Shown here: piece after piece, positions 19,681-30,154 of the stretch
How positions within the stretch are numbered: position 1 is the stretch's first letter
How the letters are laid out: each line of letters begins with the position of its first letter
DNA from: Candidatus Dojkabacteria bacterium
GTDB lineage: Bacteria; Patescibacteriota; Dojkabacteria; B142; WJKM01
NCBI GenBank assembly: GCA_014729085.1
Contig: WJKM01000004.1
Location: 68,345-132,344 of the forward strand
Direction: 5' to 3'
DNA length: 64,000 nucleotides
Program-made: the position numbers and the translations under genes
Notes under the pieces: model-generated
Database searches by the model: none
What the model was told of the DNA's origin: nothing
The model's input: the letters and a program-made list of their open reading frames with translations, nothing else

Positions 19681-21763
19681 AAGCTTGAGCTCTCTTAGAA
19701 TACGCAATGATTCTAATCTCTTCATTTGAAAATACAACCTCCCCTAAGTCTGTAATCTTGTCTATTTGAAGAAGATCGCCGTATCTTGTCCTCTCACTTT
19801 GTCCTAGAATTATGTAATCAATTTCATAATTATTCAACAATTCAACTTTCTTATCCATCTCCAACCCAGTAAAAAATTGCCTTACATCTTCTTTCCTACT
19901 TCCTAGATTCTCATCGCTTCCTTGCCATGTCCATTCATGTCCGTACCATCCAAGCGGAGTAGGCCAACCTAAGAAAGTCGAAAAAAAATTATTATCTTTG
20001 AAGCTATCTCCCTCTGCTTCCATTATATGACGAACTTTATCATCTGAAGGAAGCTTATGCCTTACTTGTTTTAAATAAAGGTAACCTTCAAAATCTTCTG
20101 GATATTTATTCTTCCACCAATCCAACCCCCTGCTTATTCCTATAAACTCTTTGGAAGGAGGATAAGCCTGCTCAACAGCTTTGATTGGATATAAGACTTG
20201 TACGACAGTTACAAACCATAATATGATTATAGATAAATAACCCCAGATTTTTTTATATTTCTTAACAATAAGTATTATTGCCAAAGGTCCTAGTGTTAAC
20301 CCCATCCATAACCAAATTTGGATAGAAATTTTGTTATATGTATTTGCACGAAAATGTTCTCCTTCGGTTAAGATATCTTTAACATAAAAAATCTCCATAA
20401 AAATCCAGAAAAATAAAGATAACAGAAAAATAAATAAAGGAAACAATTTAATATTAGAAAGCTTTCCTTCTTTGATATATTTATATACAATTTTTGGATA
20501 ATTCAAGAAGTAGACAATGAATAAAAGTAGAAACGGTCCCCATAGAGCAAGCCATTTTAAAACTGGAGAAATTTTCTTTACAATACCAAATCCACTAATA
20601 GGGGCTTTGAAAAAAATAGACCATGGTAAAGTTAAACCATATGAAAATATAATCATAAAAATTAAAGTCAGAAGAGATTTCAATACATTTTTTCTAATAG
20701 ATTTTCTATATCTAATTATCATGGAACTAACTAGTAAAGCTCCAATTGTCACTACATCCCAAGAATTAAGCATATAGGAAATTCCCAGTACAAAACAGGA
20801 AATATAAACATATTTGTTTTTTAAATCAAAGTTTCTTACTCTATCTATCCAAATATGAATACATATAGATACACCAAATATACCTGTAAGAAGCCCCCAG
20901 ACTTGAGGGTGAAGATCTGATACTAAAAAACCATAAAACGGCATTTCATGAATTGCTCCGGGTATAAATCTAGTAGGATCTGCGTACCAATATGAAGGCT
21001 TCGAATAATTTAAGAAAAGATATTGGAAATAAGAATAAAGCCAAATTAATGTGTGAAAACTACCCGCAAACATCACAAAAAATATACTCCCCACACCAGC
21101 CAAACCAGCCTTTAAATTACTAGCTGATGATTTTTTGTATAAATATTTAAATAAATCAAAACCAAACCTATATACATTAATTCCAACAATTCCAAATATC
21201 CAAATTATAAGTACAAAAAACCCTGGTACCGTAGGAATAAATGTCAATGATAGGACAACATAGCCAATATAATGTCCAAAATAATAATAATTTAAAATTT
21301 CACCTCCAAACCATATATCATAAAGGGGTAGCTCATTTGTATTAAACAATGATTGAATAAATCCGAAATCCATAAATCTTTCAATTTGGTATATTTCGCT
21401 TCCATGCCCTCTGACCCAATATAAAAATCCAATTAATAGTAAAAAAAGTATTTGAATGAAAGCTACTTGATGCCAATTTATTTCAGATATTTTGATATTA
21501 TTAAACTTTTCTTTAATCAATAAATTAATAAATAGCCAAAATACAACTATCAATAAAATTGAAAATAATGTATTGGGTAATATTTTTAAAGATACTAAGA
21601 AAAATGCAATATAAGAAATTGCTATCCAACCAAATATATGGGAAAGACTATATCCATTATCTGACAACTTACGGAAAAAGAGGTTACTTATAGGCCAACT
21701 AATTAAGCCAACAATAAAATTTACAAAGAAAAGTGAACCTAAATATACTATATCTAAAATCAT
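19667..21763 (-). CDS. large polytopic membrane protein with C-terminal extracytoplasmic domain (possible GT-C-fold glycosyltransferase or DUF2298-like)
   Basis: 698 aa. About 14 TM helices are followed by a ~180-aa soluble C-terminal domain. This architecture recalls ArnT/PMT/oligosaccharyltransferase-type proteins. No motif-level proof. Confidence 0.4.
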   Translation of the reverse strand: MILDIVYLGSLFFVNFIVGLISWPISNLFFRKLSDNGYSLSHIFGWIAISYIAFFLVSLKILPNTLFSILLIVVFWLFINLLIKEKFNNIKISEINWHQVAFIQILFLLLIGFLYWVRGHGSEIYQIERFMDFGFIQSLFNTNELPLYDIWFGGEILNYYYFGHYIGYVVLSLTFIPTVPGFFVLIIWIFGIVGINVYRFGFDLFKYLYKKSSASNLKAGLAGVGSIFFVMFAGSFHTLIWLYSYFQYLFLNYSKPSYWYADPTRFIPGAIHEMPFYGFLVSDLHPQVWGLLTGIFGVSICIHIWIDRVRNFDLKNKYVYISCFVLGISYMLNSWDVVTIGALLVSSMIIRYRKSIRKNVLKSLLTLIFMIIFSYGLTLPWSIFFKAPISGFGIVKKISPVLKWLALWGPFLLLFIVYFLNYPKIVYKYIKEGKLSNIKLFPLFIFLLSLFFWIFMEIFYVKDILTEGEHFRANTYNKISIQIWLWMGLTLGPLAIILIVKKYKKIWGYLSIIILWFVTVVQVLYPIKAVEQAYPPSKEFIGISRGLDWWKNKYPEDFEGYLYLKQVRHKLPSDDKVRHIMEAEGDSFKDNNFFSTFLGWPTPLGWYGHEWTWQGSDENLGSRKEDVRQFFTGLEMDKKVELLNNYEIDYIILGQSERTRYGDLLQIDKITDLGEVVFSNEEIRIIAYSKRAQAFNNR

Positions 21764-21860
21764 ATAAATGTAGAGTTTAATATTTCAAGTCAGGAAAAAA
21801 ATTCAAAGCTATAAAATTATTTAATATTAAAAACTGCAAATCAAAAATATAAAATAATAA

Positions 21861-22346
21861 TTAAGGCACTGGCATACTAAATCCATTGTCAGAGCCCTCA
21901 AGCTCAATTAGTAGTTGTTTATGAATTCTATCATAGCATATACTAAGCTCTTTCGGATTTGTCTCTCTACTAGTAATTGGATTACATGTACCAGAAACTG
22001 GATTAATTTTTCCTCTATTATCTGCAGTTCCAACTAAACGAAAATATTTTGTATCAAATTTCGCTACAAAATCACCTGTACAACAGCATCCAGAGATGGG
22101 TCCCATGTATATCGATATATGACCCCTAACACCACTTGAACCAAAACATTGGGGTGTTTGCATTGTATTTGCCTGTGCATCTGCCATAACTAATATTATG
22201 TCCTCCACTGCTTTTCGTCGTTTTGTGTCCCTTGCATTTCTTTGCACGATATTTATTCCATATGCTGCAATAGAAATCAACACAGCAATTATTGCCATCG
22301 CAACTAAAAGCTCTACTAGCGAAAAAGCTTTCTTAGTAAGTTTCAT
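21861..22346 (-). CDS. type IV pilin-like protein (prepilin-type N-terminal cleavage/methylation domain), Cys-rich C-terminus
   Basis: MKLTKKAFSLVELLVAMAIIAVLISIAAYG is a class III signal (G/F-S-L-V-E). The start was set at the internal ATG (22346) rather than the ORF-track start 22418, because the upstream 24 codons lack support and the paralog starts at the equivalent ATG. The C-terminal region has 8 Cys (..SGCCCTGDF..). Confidence 0.7.
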   Translation of the reverse strand: MKLTKKAFSLVELLVAMAIIAVLISIAAYGINIVQRNARDTKRRKAVEDIILVMADAQANTMQTPQCFGSSGVRGHISIYMGPISGCCCTGDFVAKFDTKYFRLVGTADNRGKINPVSGTCNPITSRETNPKELSICYDRIHKQLLIELEGSDNGFSMPVP

Positions 22347-22465
22347 TTTATTAATAAAATAATTGTTTAGTAAAATATAACAAAAATTTCGTACTTTGCT
22401 ATTTGACGAAAAATCCAAGCACTTGAGCAGAAATCAGTGCCTGGACTCAACTTTTTCTAATGTAA

Positions 22466-22590
22466 TTCTACTCGAAAATCTCTTTGATTATATTTACCGT
22501 TTTTTCTTTGTCTTTATGAGGATTTTCAACTCAATCACTCCACCTGTACTATATTTTTGAATCTCTTTAACTAATCTGATACTCTCAGTA
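22466..22590 (-). pseudogene. decayed fragment of the htrA 3' end (PDZ C-terminus), carried in the tandem duplication
   Basis: About 80% nt identity to 23180-23300, the 3' end of the HtrA gene. It includes the duplicated terminator hairpin at 22415-22444 and has no upstream ORF. Confidence 0.55.
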
Positions 22591-22594
22591 AATT

Positions 22595-23056
22595 TTAAAG
22601 ACTGACTACATAACCATATCCTCCTAGTTCAGATGCTTCTAATCTTGCACAAATTAATAAATTCTGAAAATCCATCCCAATAGCAACATTATCTCTGCTT
22701 GGTCTCTTAGATAAGAAATCTCCTTGATCGGAGCATTCATTACCTGAAGTTCCCGCTCTAAACCATTGCAGGTCCATACCCTTTACTTCATATTCAGCAA
22801 CTTCCTGGCCTTGAATATAGAAAGTAATTGAATTTTCGCTCTCACTTTTAGTTGCGTTATCAGGATACATGAAATGGTTGGTTTGTATATCATGTATTGT
22901 TAAGATGAGATCTTCAACAATTTTTTTTCTTTTAAGATCACGAGCATTACGTTGAACAATTTGAATACCATACGCAGCAATGGAAATTAAAACCGCAATA
23001 ATTGCCATTGCAACCAAAAGCTCCACTAATGAAAAAGCTTTCTTAGTAAGTTTCAT
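22595..23056 (-). CDS. type IV pilin-like protein (prepilin-type N-terminal domain), paralog 2
   Basis: The N-terminal 40 aa are almost identical to the pilin at 21861-22346 (MKLTKKAFSLVELLVAMAIIAVLISIAAYGIQIVQRNARD). The C-terminal region is divergent. Confidence 0.7.
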   Translation of the reverse strand: MKLTKKAFSLVELLVAMAIIAVLISIAAYGIQIVQRNARDLKRKKIVEDLILTIHDIQTNHFMYPDNATKSESENSITFYIQGQEVAEYEVKGMDLQWFRAGTSGNECSDQGDFLSKRPSRDNVAIGMDFQNLLICARLEASELGGYGYVVSL

Positions 23057-23118
23057 TTTATTAATAAAACATTTTATTTAATAAAATATAACAAAAATTT
23101 CAGTACTTTGCTATTAGA

Positions 23119-23157
23119 CCAAAAATCCAAGCACTTGAGGAGAAATTAGTGCTTGGA
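23119..23157 (-). terminator. Rho-independent terminator of htrA; a duplicated copy lies at 22408-22446
   Basis: Minus-strand ccaagcact-(12 nt)-agtgcttgg followed by attttt. The copy at 22415-22444 has one G-U pair (ccaggcact...agtgcttgg). Confidence 0.5.
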
Positions 23158-23179
23158 CTCAACTTTTTCTAATTTAATT

Positions 23180-24382
23180 CTACTCGTAAGCCTCCAAAGT
23201 AACATTTACGGTTTTTTCTTCGCCTTTATGAAGAATTTTCAACTCAACCACTTCGCCTACACTATATTTTTGAATCTCCCTATCTAATCGGGCATTCTCA
23301 TCAATTTTTTTTCCATTAATTTCAAGAATAATGTCATTTTCTTGAATTCCAGCTTTATCTGCAGGACCACCTGGAATAACTGCCAACTCTTCTGGAGTTT
23401 CTCCACGTATTACAAGAGCTCCATAATCTACCTTTAGATTATTTGCTTCTTGCAATTCCGGTGTTACCGGAACATATCTTACACCTATATAAGGCCGGAC
23501 AATTTTTCCATGCTCTTTGACAGATTCGACTACCTTTTGAACACTATTTGAAGGAATTGCGAATCCTATATTTTCAGCTTGAGCCATTGCAACATTCATA
23601 CCTATTACATTTCCAGAAAGATCGAGTAGAGGACCGCCTGAATTACCAGGATTAATTGAAGCATCTGTCTGGATTACCCCCGTCAAAGTTTCTGCTTTTC
23701 CAGTTGTTCGGGATCCTGCTGTAATTGATCTAGCAAGTCCGGAAATAATTCCTGAACTTACCGAATTCGAAAATTGGCCAAGTGCATTTCCAATTGCTAC
23801 TACTTTTTGTCCAACCTTAAGATTATCCGAATCACCAAAACTAAGGTAATTTAAATCATTTCGGGCAACCTTGATGACAGCAATATCCATAAGCGGATCA
23901 CGTGCTAAAATCTCTGCATCGATTTTATCTCCATCATTAAAAACAACTGTATAAGAAGCTTCCTCGTCTTGTACGACATGTTTATTAGTAACAATGTATC
24001 CGTCGCTTGATACAATAAAACCAGTCCCAGCACCTACCTCTTGCTCTTCCTCCCCAATTTGTCTTCGGCCCTTTCTCCGAAAAAAATAATCAAAAAAATC
24101 ATCTCCAAACGGAGAAGGATTGTAGTAAAATTCTTCATAGACAGGTAAATCTTTTGTGACAATTATACTCACAACAGCATCTTGGGAATTTTCTACTACT
24201 TCTACAACTGCATCATTACTATCTACAATTTTTAAATCTGTTGAAAGGTTACCATTTTCACCGTTTCTATTCATTTCATATTTTGTATATGCTACACCTG
24301 CGATAAGTCCGGAAAACCCAGACACAAAATTTGTAACAAGAATAACTATAACTAGAAACAGTAAATACTTTTTTTTCTTCAT
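23180..24382 (-). CDS. htrA: HtrA/DegP-family serine endopeptidase with C-terminal PDZ domain
   Basis: Signal/TM anchor, then a trypsin-like domain: GTGFIVSSDGYIVTNKHVV (His region), a D-containing segment, and GNSGGPLLDLSGNVIGMNVA (catalytic Ser). The PDZ region is ...GALVIRG...GGPADKAGIQENDIILEINGKKI. Confidence 0.85.
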   Translation of the reverse strand: MKKKKYLLFLVIVILVTNFVSGFSGLIAGVAYTKYEMNRNGENGNLSTDLKIVDSNDAVVEVVENSQDAVVSIIVTKDLPVYEEFYYNPSPFGDDFFDYFFRRKGRRQIGEEEQEVGAGTGFIVSSDGYIVTNKHVVQDEEASYTVVFNDGDKIDAEILARDPLMDIAVIKVARNDLNYLSFGDSDNLKVGQKVVAIGNALGQFSNSVSSGIISGLARSITAGSRTTGKAETLTGVIQTDASINPGNSGGPLLDLSGNVIGMNVAMAQAENIGFAIPSNSVQKVVESVKEHGKIVRPYIGVRYVPVTPELQEANNLKVDYGALVIRGETPEELAVIPGGPADKAGIQENDIILEINGKKIDENARLDREIQKYSVGEVVELKILHKGEEKTVNVTLEAYE

Positions 24383-24576
24383 ATAAATTCAGATTAATAA
24401 GTAAACTATTAAAAATAATTTAAAAAACTACTTTAATAAAATTATTTTACTAGTAATAATTTTTAGGTTAAACTTTTTATGTACTATTTATAATGATAAA
24501 TTTGTTATTAAACATTAACTCAACCTATCAAGAGTTAAATATTTTTATAACTATATCATTCTGATATGAAAATAAT

Positions 24577-25215
24577 ATGAAACTACTAAAAGGAACAGAA
24601 AAATTAGGACAATATAATAACAAAGTGGTTTGCATTAATTGGGACAACTTTCTGAATGATTTTGAATCCAGATTCAATTCCTATCAGTTTAAAAAATCAC
24701 TTTGTAAATTTACTCTACTGATCTCTATTATCTTATTATGTCTATTACTTTTCTTAGAGATCACTACCGGACGGATTATTTTTATTCAAGGAGAAGCCTT
24801 TACTTTTCAGAATAGTCTAATATTAATTTCGATAAATCTTCTACTGTTTTCGATTTATTTTAATAATAAAGTACACACTCCAAAAAATTTATTGACATTA
24901 TCAGCTCATAACGAGCAGGTTGTAAATTTGGAAAAATTTATAAATATTTCCGCTAATAAAATCATCTCTGAAATTTATAATTCGATCACTGGTGAGGAAA
25001 TTAACCTATTGAAACAGTTGGTTAGTCAAGACTCTAAAATACCATATTCAATTAGAAAGAAAATTCAAGGATTACCTTTGCATAGAATAAATGATCGAAG
25101 TCTATGGCTTAAACAGCTCCTACTGGTGTGCTATAAAACTGCCTTAGAAAACAAATTAAACCACATTGATCAGTCAGTGCTTGCTTTCAGTTTACTTAAT
25201 CATCAAGAGTTGTAA
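24577..25215 (+). CDS. hypothetical membrane protein
   Basis: 212 aa with two or three hydrophobic helices and no recognisable motifs. Confidence 0.3.
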   Translation: MKLLKGTEKLGQYNNKVVCINWDNFLNDFESRFNSYQFKKSLCKFTLLISIILLCLLLFLEITTGRIIFIQGEAFTFQNSLILISINLLLFSIYFNNKVHTPKNLLTLSAHNEQVVNLEKFINISANKIISEIYNSITGEEINLLKQLVSQDSKIPYSIRKKIQGLPLHRINDRSLWLKQLLLVCYKTALENKLNHIDQSVLAFSLLNHQEL

Positions 25216-25323
25216 CATATTCACCACATATTCGTATTTATATTGTATATAATATCTGATCTCGTACTTTTTGCTAGATTTAGCGCCTAGAAATTCAAGG
25301 TTTTTGCATTCGCATTCTTTATT

Positions 25324-26826
25324 TTGATAGGGTATAATTCAATAATTCACAAAATGAAACCAAAAATTAATCAAAATAATTCAAAATCAAGTTTTTGGAG
25401 TAGGTATTCGCGTCTCATCATACTATTAATTACTTGCTCGCTACTAATTGCAAGTATTTATTTTACCTATATTCAAAACAATACCAAAGTAGAAAAAATC
25501 CCTTCTACGGATATTCCTATACCTGTCGAAACAATAATTATTGGAGAAGAAGATATATATACAAAAATTATTGGAACGGCTGATAATAAAAACATAGTCG
25601 TCATTAAATCACTCACAAAAGGAATTGTAAATAAAATTAAACCGGACTTAGGAGACTCTGTTAAGAAAGATCAAGAGTTAATTGAACTAACTGAGACATA
25701 TACCGGAAATGAAATATATGATGCTAAAATCGAAATAGCAGAGAAAAAAGTCGAACAAGCTAAGGATTACTATAATTTTTTGGATAAGATTGAAGATGAA
25801 AAGACCGATAGGGAAGAAGAAATCCAGGATAATTTTGAAGAACTACAAGACTTAAAAGAAGATAAACTAGAAAGTTACAATACTCAAATTGAAACCATCG
25901 AAAATATTATAACTGATATTGAAAATATCTTAGATTCAGGTAGTACAAATCTGGATCAAAAGATAGATTTGACCCAAGAACTATATGATTTAAAAGAACT
26001 GAGGTTTGAAATTAATTTACTCGAATATGAAACAGACAGAAGGTATCCGGGTACCGAAATAGCAGACCTTGAGAATGAAATAAATGAAAAAACCATACGC
26101 AATGAAACTGACCTTGCTGAACTTGATTACGAACTGGCCAAACTATATCTTGATTTACTCCTAATACAAGCAGATCTTCGTACCTTGAGTTCACCTATTA
26201 ATGGAACTATAGAACAAATCCTTTATCCAGAAGGCTCGGCAGTCCAGTCAGGAGATGAATTATTAATTATAAATGGTGAACAGGATACTATATTATTATC
26301 ACATGTTTCATCACAACTTGCAAAAAATATCGATATTAAACGAGATGCATTAATAGATATTGATGGCAATACTTACGAAGGAGATATTGAATTTGTATCA
26401 AAAACCCCTGTGAAAAACTCGCTATATGAAATTATTATTGAACCTGATAAAGCAATACGAGATAACTTGCAAATAGGGGCTTCCTTTTCAATCAGCTTAC
26501 CAATCAAAACTAAAATTGAAAATATTGATATGGAAATTGAAGATAAAATCTATATTCCAATAGACAGTGTTTATAAAACAAATCAATATTCTTATGTCTT
26601 TGTACTTGAAGGTGATCGCGCAATGATTAAAGCTGTCCAAACTGGGAAGATAACAGGCGGAGATCAAATCGAAATCGTATCCGGACTAGAAGAGGGGGAA
26701 ATTTTGATTTTGACAAAAAAAATAGTTCCAAATCAAAAAGTAATAATTCAGAAAGTGGAAGAAGTCAAAGAAGAGAAGGATGTTGAGATCCAAACTGTTG
26801 AACCAACTGAATCTCAGGGTGATTAA
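25324..26826 (+). CDS. HlyD-like periplasmic adaptor / membrane-fusion protein
   Basis: N-terminal TM anchor. Two lipoyl-like half-motifs flank a long coiled coil (..VIKSLTKGIVNKIKPDLGDSVKKDQELIEL.. and ..LSSPINGTIEQILYPEGSAVQSGDELLII..), then a beta-barrel-like region. It sits immediately upstream of a very large membrane transporter. Confidence 0.55.
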   Translation: MIGYNSIIHKMKPKINQNNSKSSFWSRYSRLIILLITCSLLIASIYFTYIQNNTKVEKIPSTDIPIPVETIIIGEEDIYTKIIGTADNKNIVVIKSLTKGIVNKIKPDLGDSVKKDQELIELTETYTGNEIYDAKIEIAEKKVEQAKDYYNFLDKIEDEKTDREEEIQDNFEELQDLKEDKLESYNTQIETIENIITDIENILDSGSTNLDQKIDLTQELYDLKELRFEINLLEYETDRRYPGTEIADLENEINEKTIRNETDLAELDYELAKLYLDLLLIQADLRTLSSPINGTIEQILYPEGSAVQSGDELLIINGEQDTILLSHVSSQLAKNIDIKRDALIDIDGNTYEGDIEFVSKTPVKNSLYEIIIEPDKAIRDNLQIGASFSISLPIKTKIENIDMEIEDKIYIPIDSVYKTNQYSYVFVLEGDRAMIKAVQTGKITGGDQIEIVSGLEEGEILILTKKIVPNQKVIIQKVEEVKEEKDVEIQTVEPTESQGD

Positions 26827-26848
26827 AATTCAAATAATCGTGTAACTA

Positions 26849-29800
26849 ATGAATAAAATATTAATTAAATCAAAACAAACTTTTCTTTATAAAATTTTAC
26901 AACTATTTAACAATCTTAAATTTTCGAGTTTCCTCATTATAATACTCTTGCTTCTCGGTCTATTTTCTTTTATACGTATTGATAAAAGCATCTACTTTTT
27001 TACCTCTGATCCATTTATAGACCTAAAAATTGAAACAACAAATAAGGATAAATTGGAAATAGAAAAAAAAATTATACAGCCTCTAGAAATATTTTGTTCA
27101 AATAATAAAGGATTTATAGATATATACTCCCAAATTCGAGATTCAAAAGCCGACGTCACTATCAAACTTTCAGAAACCACAAACTATAAATCACAGTATA
27201 ATAAACTCCTGAATTTCATTGATTTAAATAATCTTAACAGTTCAGATATAACAATTGAATTAAGAAACTCTTGGGAATCATCTCCTGAATATGCAGAACT
27301 GCTCATATACAGTAACTTGGATATATTTAATTTAAGCCAAATTAGCAAAAACCTAGCTTCTGAATTAAGTAACAATCCAGCTTTTGAACGTATTGACACA
27401 AAAGGTACTGTATATGAAAAAGTAAATGTTTCGCTTAATCTTAACAAAATCCAACAATTAGGAATAAAACCTCAACAATTAGTTGATGCAATTGAGGATA
27501 ATATAACAAATTATAAACTGGGAAAATTTGAAATTGATGATTATGTCTATTCTTTTGAGCTTGAAAATCCTTATAACTCAATACAGGATATTAGAAATCA
27601 GATTATCAAAATTGATGGCAATATCATCAAACTAGGAGAAATTGCTGACGTACAAATGGAGTTAAATCCTAATTCCAAGCGTATTTATTTCCAAAAAAAA
27701 GGACAAGCCCAATTAAATGCAATCAAGCTTAGTATATATAAAAACAAAGATGTAAATACTAATAAAGCATACAGTGAACTAAACTCAATAATCTATCAGT
27801 ATAATGAAGAATATCCTCAACTAAAAACTACTTATACTCATAATGATTTCCAATCTAACCATCAGTGGACATTAGGAGCCCTAATTTTTGCAATAATATC
27901 AATTCTGCTTATATTCTTATTTTCAAGTCATAAGAATCAAAATGGAAACATTCTTCTATCTCAGATTTTAGGCCTGTTTACTTACTTTTCAATCTCTTTT
28001 ATCTGCTTAAATTATTTTAACTATATTTTCGACTTAAAACTACTTCTTTATATTATTTCAGGACAAATCGTTTGTCTATTTTTATCTAATAAATTTCTAC
28101 ACAATGGACATGCAAATAATTCACTAAGGAAATTTTCATTTGAAGATACTAGTATTTCCGATGTTTATAAAAAGTTTAACAAATCATTAACCTTTCCATT
28201 AATAATTATTAGTCTTTTTGTTTTTGGACTGTTTACTTCTATCTCGTTGAACATTTCCTCCAAATGGGCAGAATCGTTAGGGGCAATAATCTTTATTCTC
28301 TGCTCAATTTTAATCAGCCTTGTTCTAATTTGGCCTTTTTCTAACATAACCAAAAAAATCAATTTTAAGAAATTGACTAAATTATCTATTCCAGGTACTA
28401 TTTTCATCATTTTCTCTTATATTAACTTCTATTATCTTGTACTAAATCCATTCGAAATTCAAAGAAGTAAAATCTTTAACCTGTTCTCAAATCGAATATT
28501 TTTACTTAACTCTCTTACATTTGTTTTTATAACGATAATCTTGGGTTATCTCATATTGAGAAAAAAAATATTCCAAAAATTGACTCCCCAAATTAAGATA
28601 AATAATATTGGTCTTATTGAAAAAATTAACATATATGTTACAAAAACGTACTCTAAAATATCAGTTTCCTATTCAAGTTTTGTCAATAAGCTCATTAAAA
28701 AAGACGAAAAATCATTAATAGTTCTTACTTTTATTTTTACCGTGGGAGTATTAATTGTTAATCTTGTTTTTCTTAGATTTACTCAACAGAATTTAAAACT
28801 AAGGTTTAAATCCAATACTATTTTTGTGAATCTGGAAGCTCCTACTGGATGGAGTCAAAAAAATCTAGATAATAAAGTGAGCAAAGCAATAAATCTTATT
28901 CAGCAAACAACGGAAACCGATTCATTGATAATCGAATATGGATCTCAGATTACCTTAAATAAAACTATTCAAAGTGGAAATAAACAAGCATATATTGCTG
29001 TTCAATTAATCCCCTCAAGCCAAAGAAAAAGAAGTTTCGAAGTAATAAAAAACGAACTTGAAAATGGACTAAATCGTATTGAAGAAATATCAGTAGAGGT
29101 TTTCCAACCCAATAAATATAATATCTTAGATACCAACTTTGAACTGTATATCCATGGAGATGACTATCAAGTTTTAGAAAATTTTAGAAAAGTTGTTGAA
29201 ACAACATTAGTTAACCACAATGAGTTTATTGAATATTCAACTCCACCAACAAATGATTATAAACAAATTGAAATCAAACCAAACTATATAGAAATGACCA
29301 AAAGAGGAATTTCCCTAAAAGATCTTGAAATCTTTTTTAATACTTTGCAGAAACAGTATTCTCTATCTGAGATATCTGGAAAAAGAGGAAATGGTATAGA
29401 AATTTCAATATCCCCAGATACTGACATGACACTTGATAGTATTGAGAATATGATAATCCCGACTTCCAATGGGGACTATACACTAAGTCAAATTGCTGAA
29501 CTTCATCTTATTGATAAACCTGAAATTATTTATAAATCCAATCAGCGCTATGTCCTGCCATACATTATCAAGTTTAAAGATAGATTTGATAGTAAAATAT
29601 ATAAATCAATTGCAAATCAAATAAATACAATCAACAATAGAGTAGGTTACACATACACTTTTCAGAAACAAAATCAAATTGAAAATTCTGATCTAGCACA
29701 ATTAGCTAAAACAGTTATTAGTATTGCAATTATATTTGCTTTGACTTTTGTCGCAAGATATAAATCATATAAAAAAACTATAATCAATTTATTTGGAATG

Positions 29801-30139
29801 ACATGCCTACTACTTTATTTTCTAATAGGACATCTTGTATTTGATATTAGTTACTCAGTTGGTATTCTTTTCACAGAACTTCTATTTATCTTGTTCTATA
29901 CATTGGTTGCAACCTACTTTATAGAAGTCCTCCAGGATACTAAAGACACGGAAATTCTAAAGAGCTACTATAATGTATTCACAAAACAAGTATTAGTGAC
30001 AGGTTCAACTCTTGCTCTAATAATTTTCTTGTTTCCTGCAATTACAGACATTAATCTACTCTTGTTTTTTGGGTTTAGTACTGTATCATTCATTTCATTG
30101 CTATTGAACTCCCTTTATTTAAAACTTAGTCAAAAATAA
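26849..30139 (+). CDS. RND-superfamily-like transporter permease (highly divergent)
   Basis: 1096 aa. Topology: TM1, a ~300-aa loop, a TM bundle, a ~350-aa loop, then a C-terminal TM bundle. A loop segment (LNKIQQLGIKPQQLVDAIEDNITNYKLGKF) resembles the AcrB porter-domain signature (..[23 protein letters not shown]). It is paired with the adaptor gene. Confidence 0.45.
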   Translation: MNKILIKSKQTFLYKILQLFNNLKFSSFLIIILLLLGLFSFIRIDKSIYFFTSDPFIDLKIETTNKDKLEIEKKIIQPLEIFCSNNKGFIDIYSQIRDSKADVTIKLSETTNYKSQYNKLLNFIDLNNLNSSDITIELRNSWESSPEYAELLIYSNLDIFNLSQISKNLASELSNNPAFERIDTKGTVYEKVNVSLNLNKIQQLGIKPQQLVDAIEDNITNYKLGKFEIDDYVYSFELENPYNSIQDIRNQIIKIDGNIIKLGEIADVQMELNPNSKRIYFQKKGQAQLNAIKLSIYKNKDVNTNKAYSELNSIIYQYNEEYPQLKTTYTHNDFQSNHQWTLGALIFAIISILLIFLFSSHKNQNGNILLSQILGLFTYFSISFICLNYFNYIFDLKLLLYIISGQIVCLFLSNKFLHNGHANNSLRKFSFEDTSISDVYKKFNKSLTFPLIIISLFVFGLFTSISLNISSKWAESLGAIIFILCSILISLVLIWPFSNITKKINFKKLTKLSIPGTIFIIFSYINFYYLVLNPFEIQRSKIFNLFSNRIFLLNSLTFVFITIILGYLILRKKIFQKLTPQIKINNIGLIEKINIYVTKTYSKISVSYSSFVNKLIKKDEKSLIVLTFIFTVGVLIVNLVFLRFTQQNLKLRFKSNTIFVNLEAPTGWSQKNLDNKVSKAINLIQQTTETDSLIIEYGSQITLNKTIQSGNKQAYIAVQLIPSSQRKRSFEVIKNELENGLNRIEEISVEVFQPNKYNILDTNFELYIHGDDYQVLENFRKVVETTLVNHNEFIEYSTPPTNDYKQIEIKPNYIEMTKRGISLKDLEIFFNTLQKQYSLSEISGKRGNGIEISISPDTDMTLDSIENMIIPTSNGDYTLSQIAELHLIDKPEIIYKSNQRYVLPYIIKFKDRFDSKIYKSIANQINTINNRVGYTYTFQKQNQIENSDLAQLAKTVISIAIIFALTFVARYKSYKKTIINLFGMTCLLLYFLIGHLVFDISYSVGILFTELLFILFYTLVATYFIEVLQDTKDTEILKSYYNVFTKQVLVTGSTLALIIFLFPAITDINLLLFFGFSTVSFISLLLNSLYLKLSQK

Positions 30140-30154
30140 TTAAGTAGATTTATT

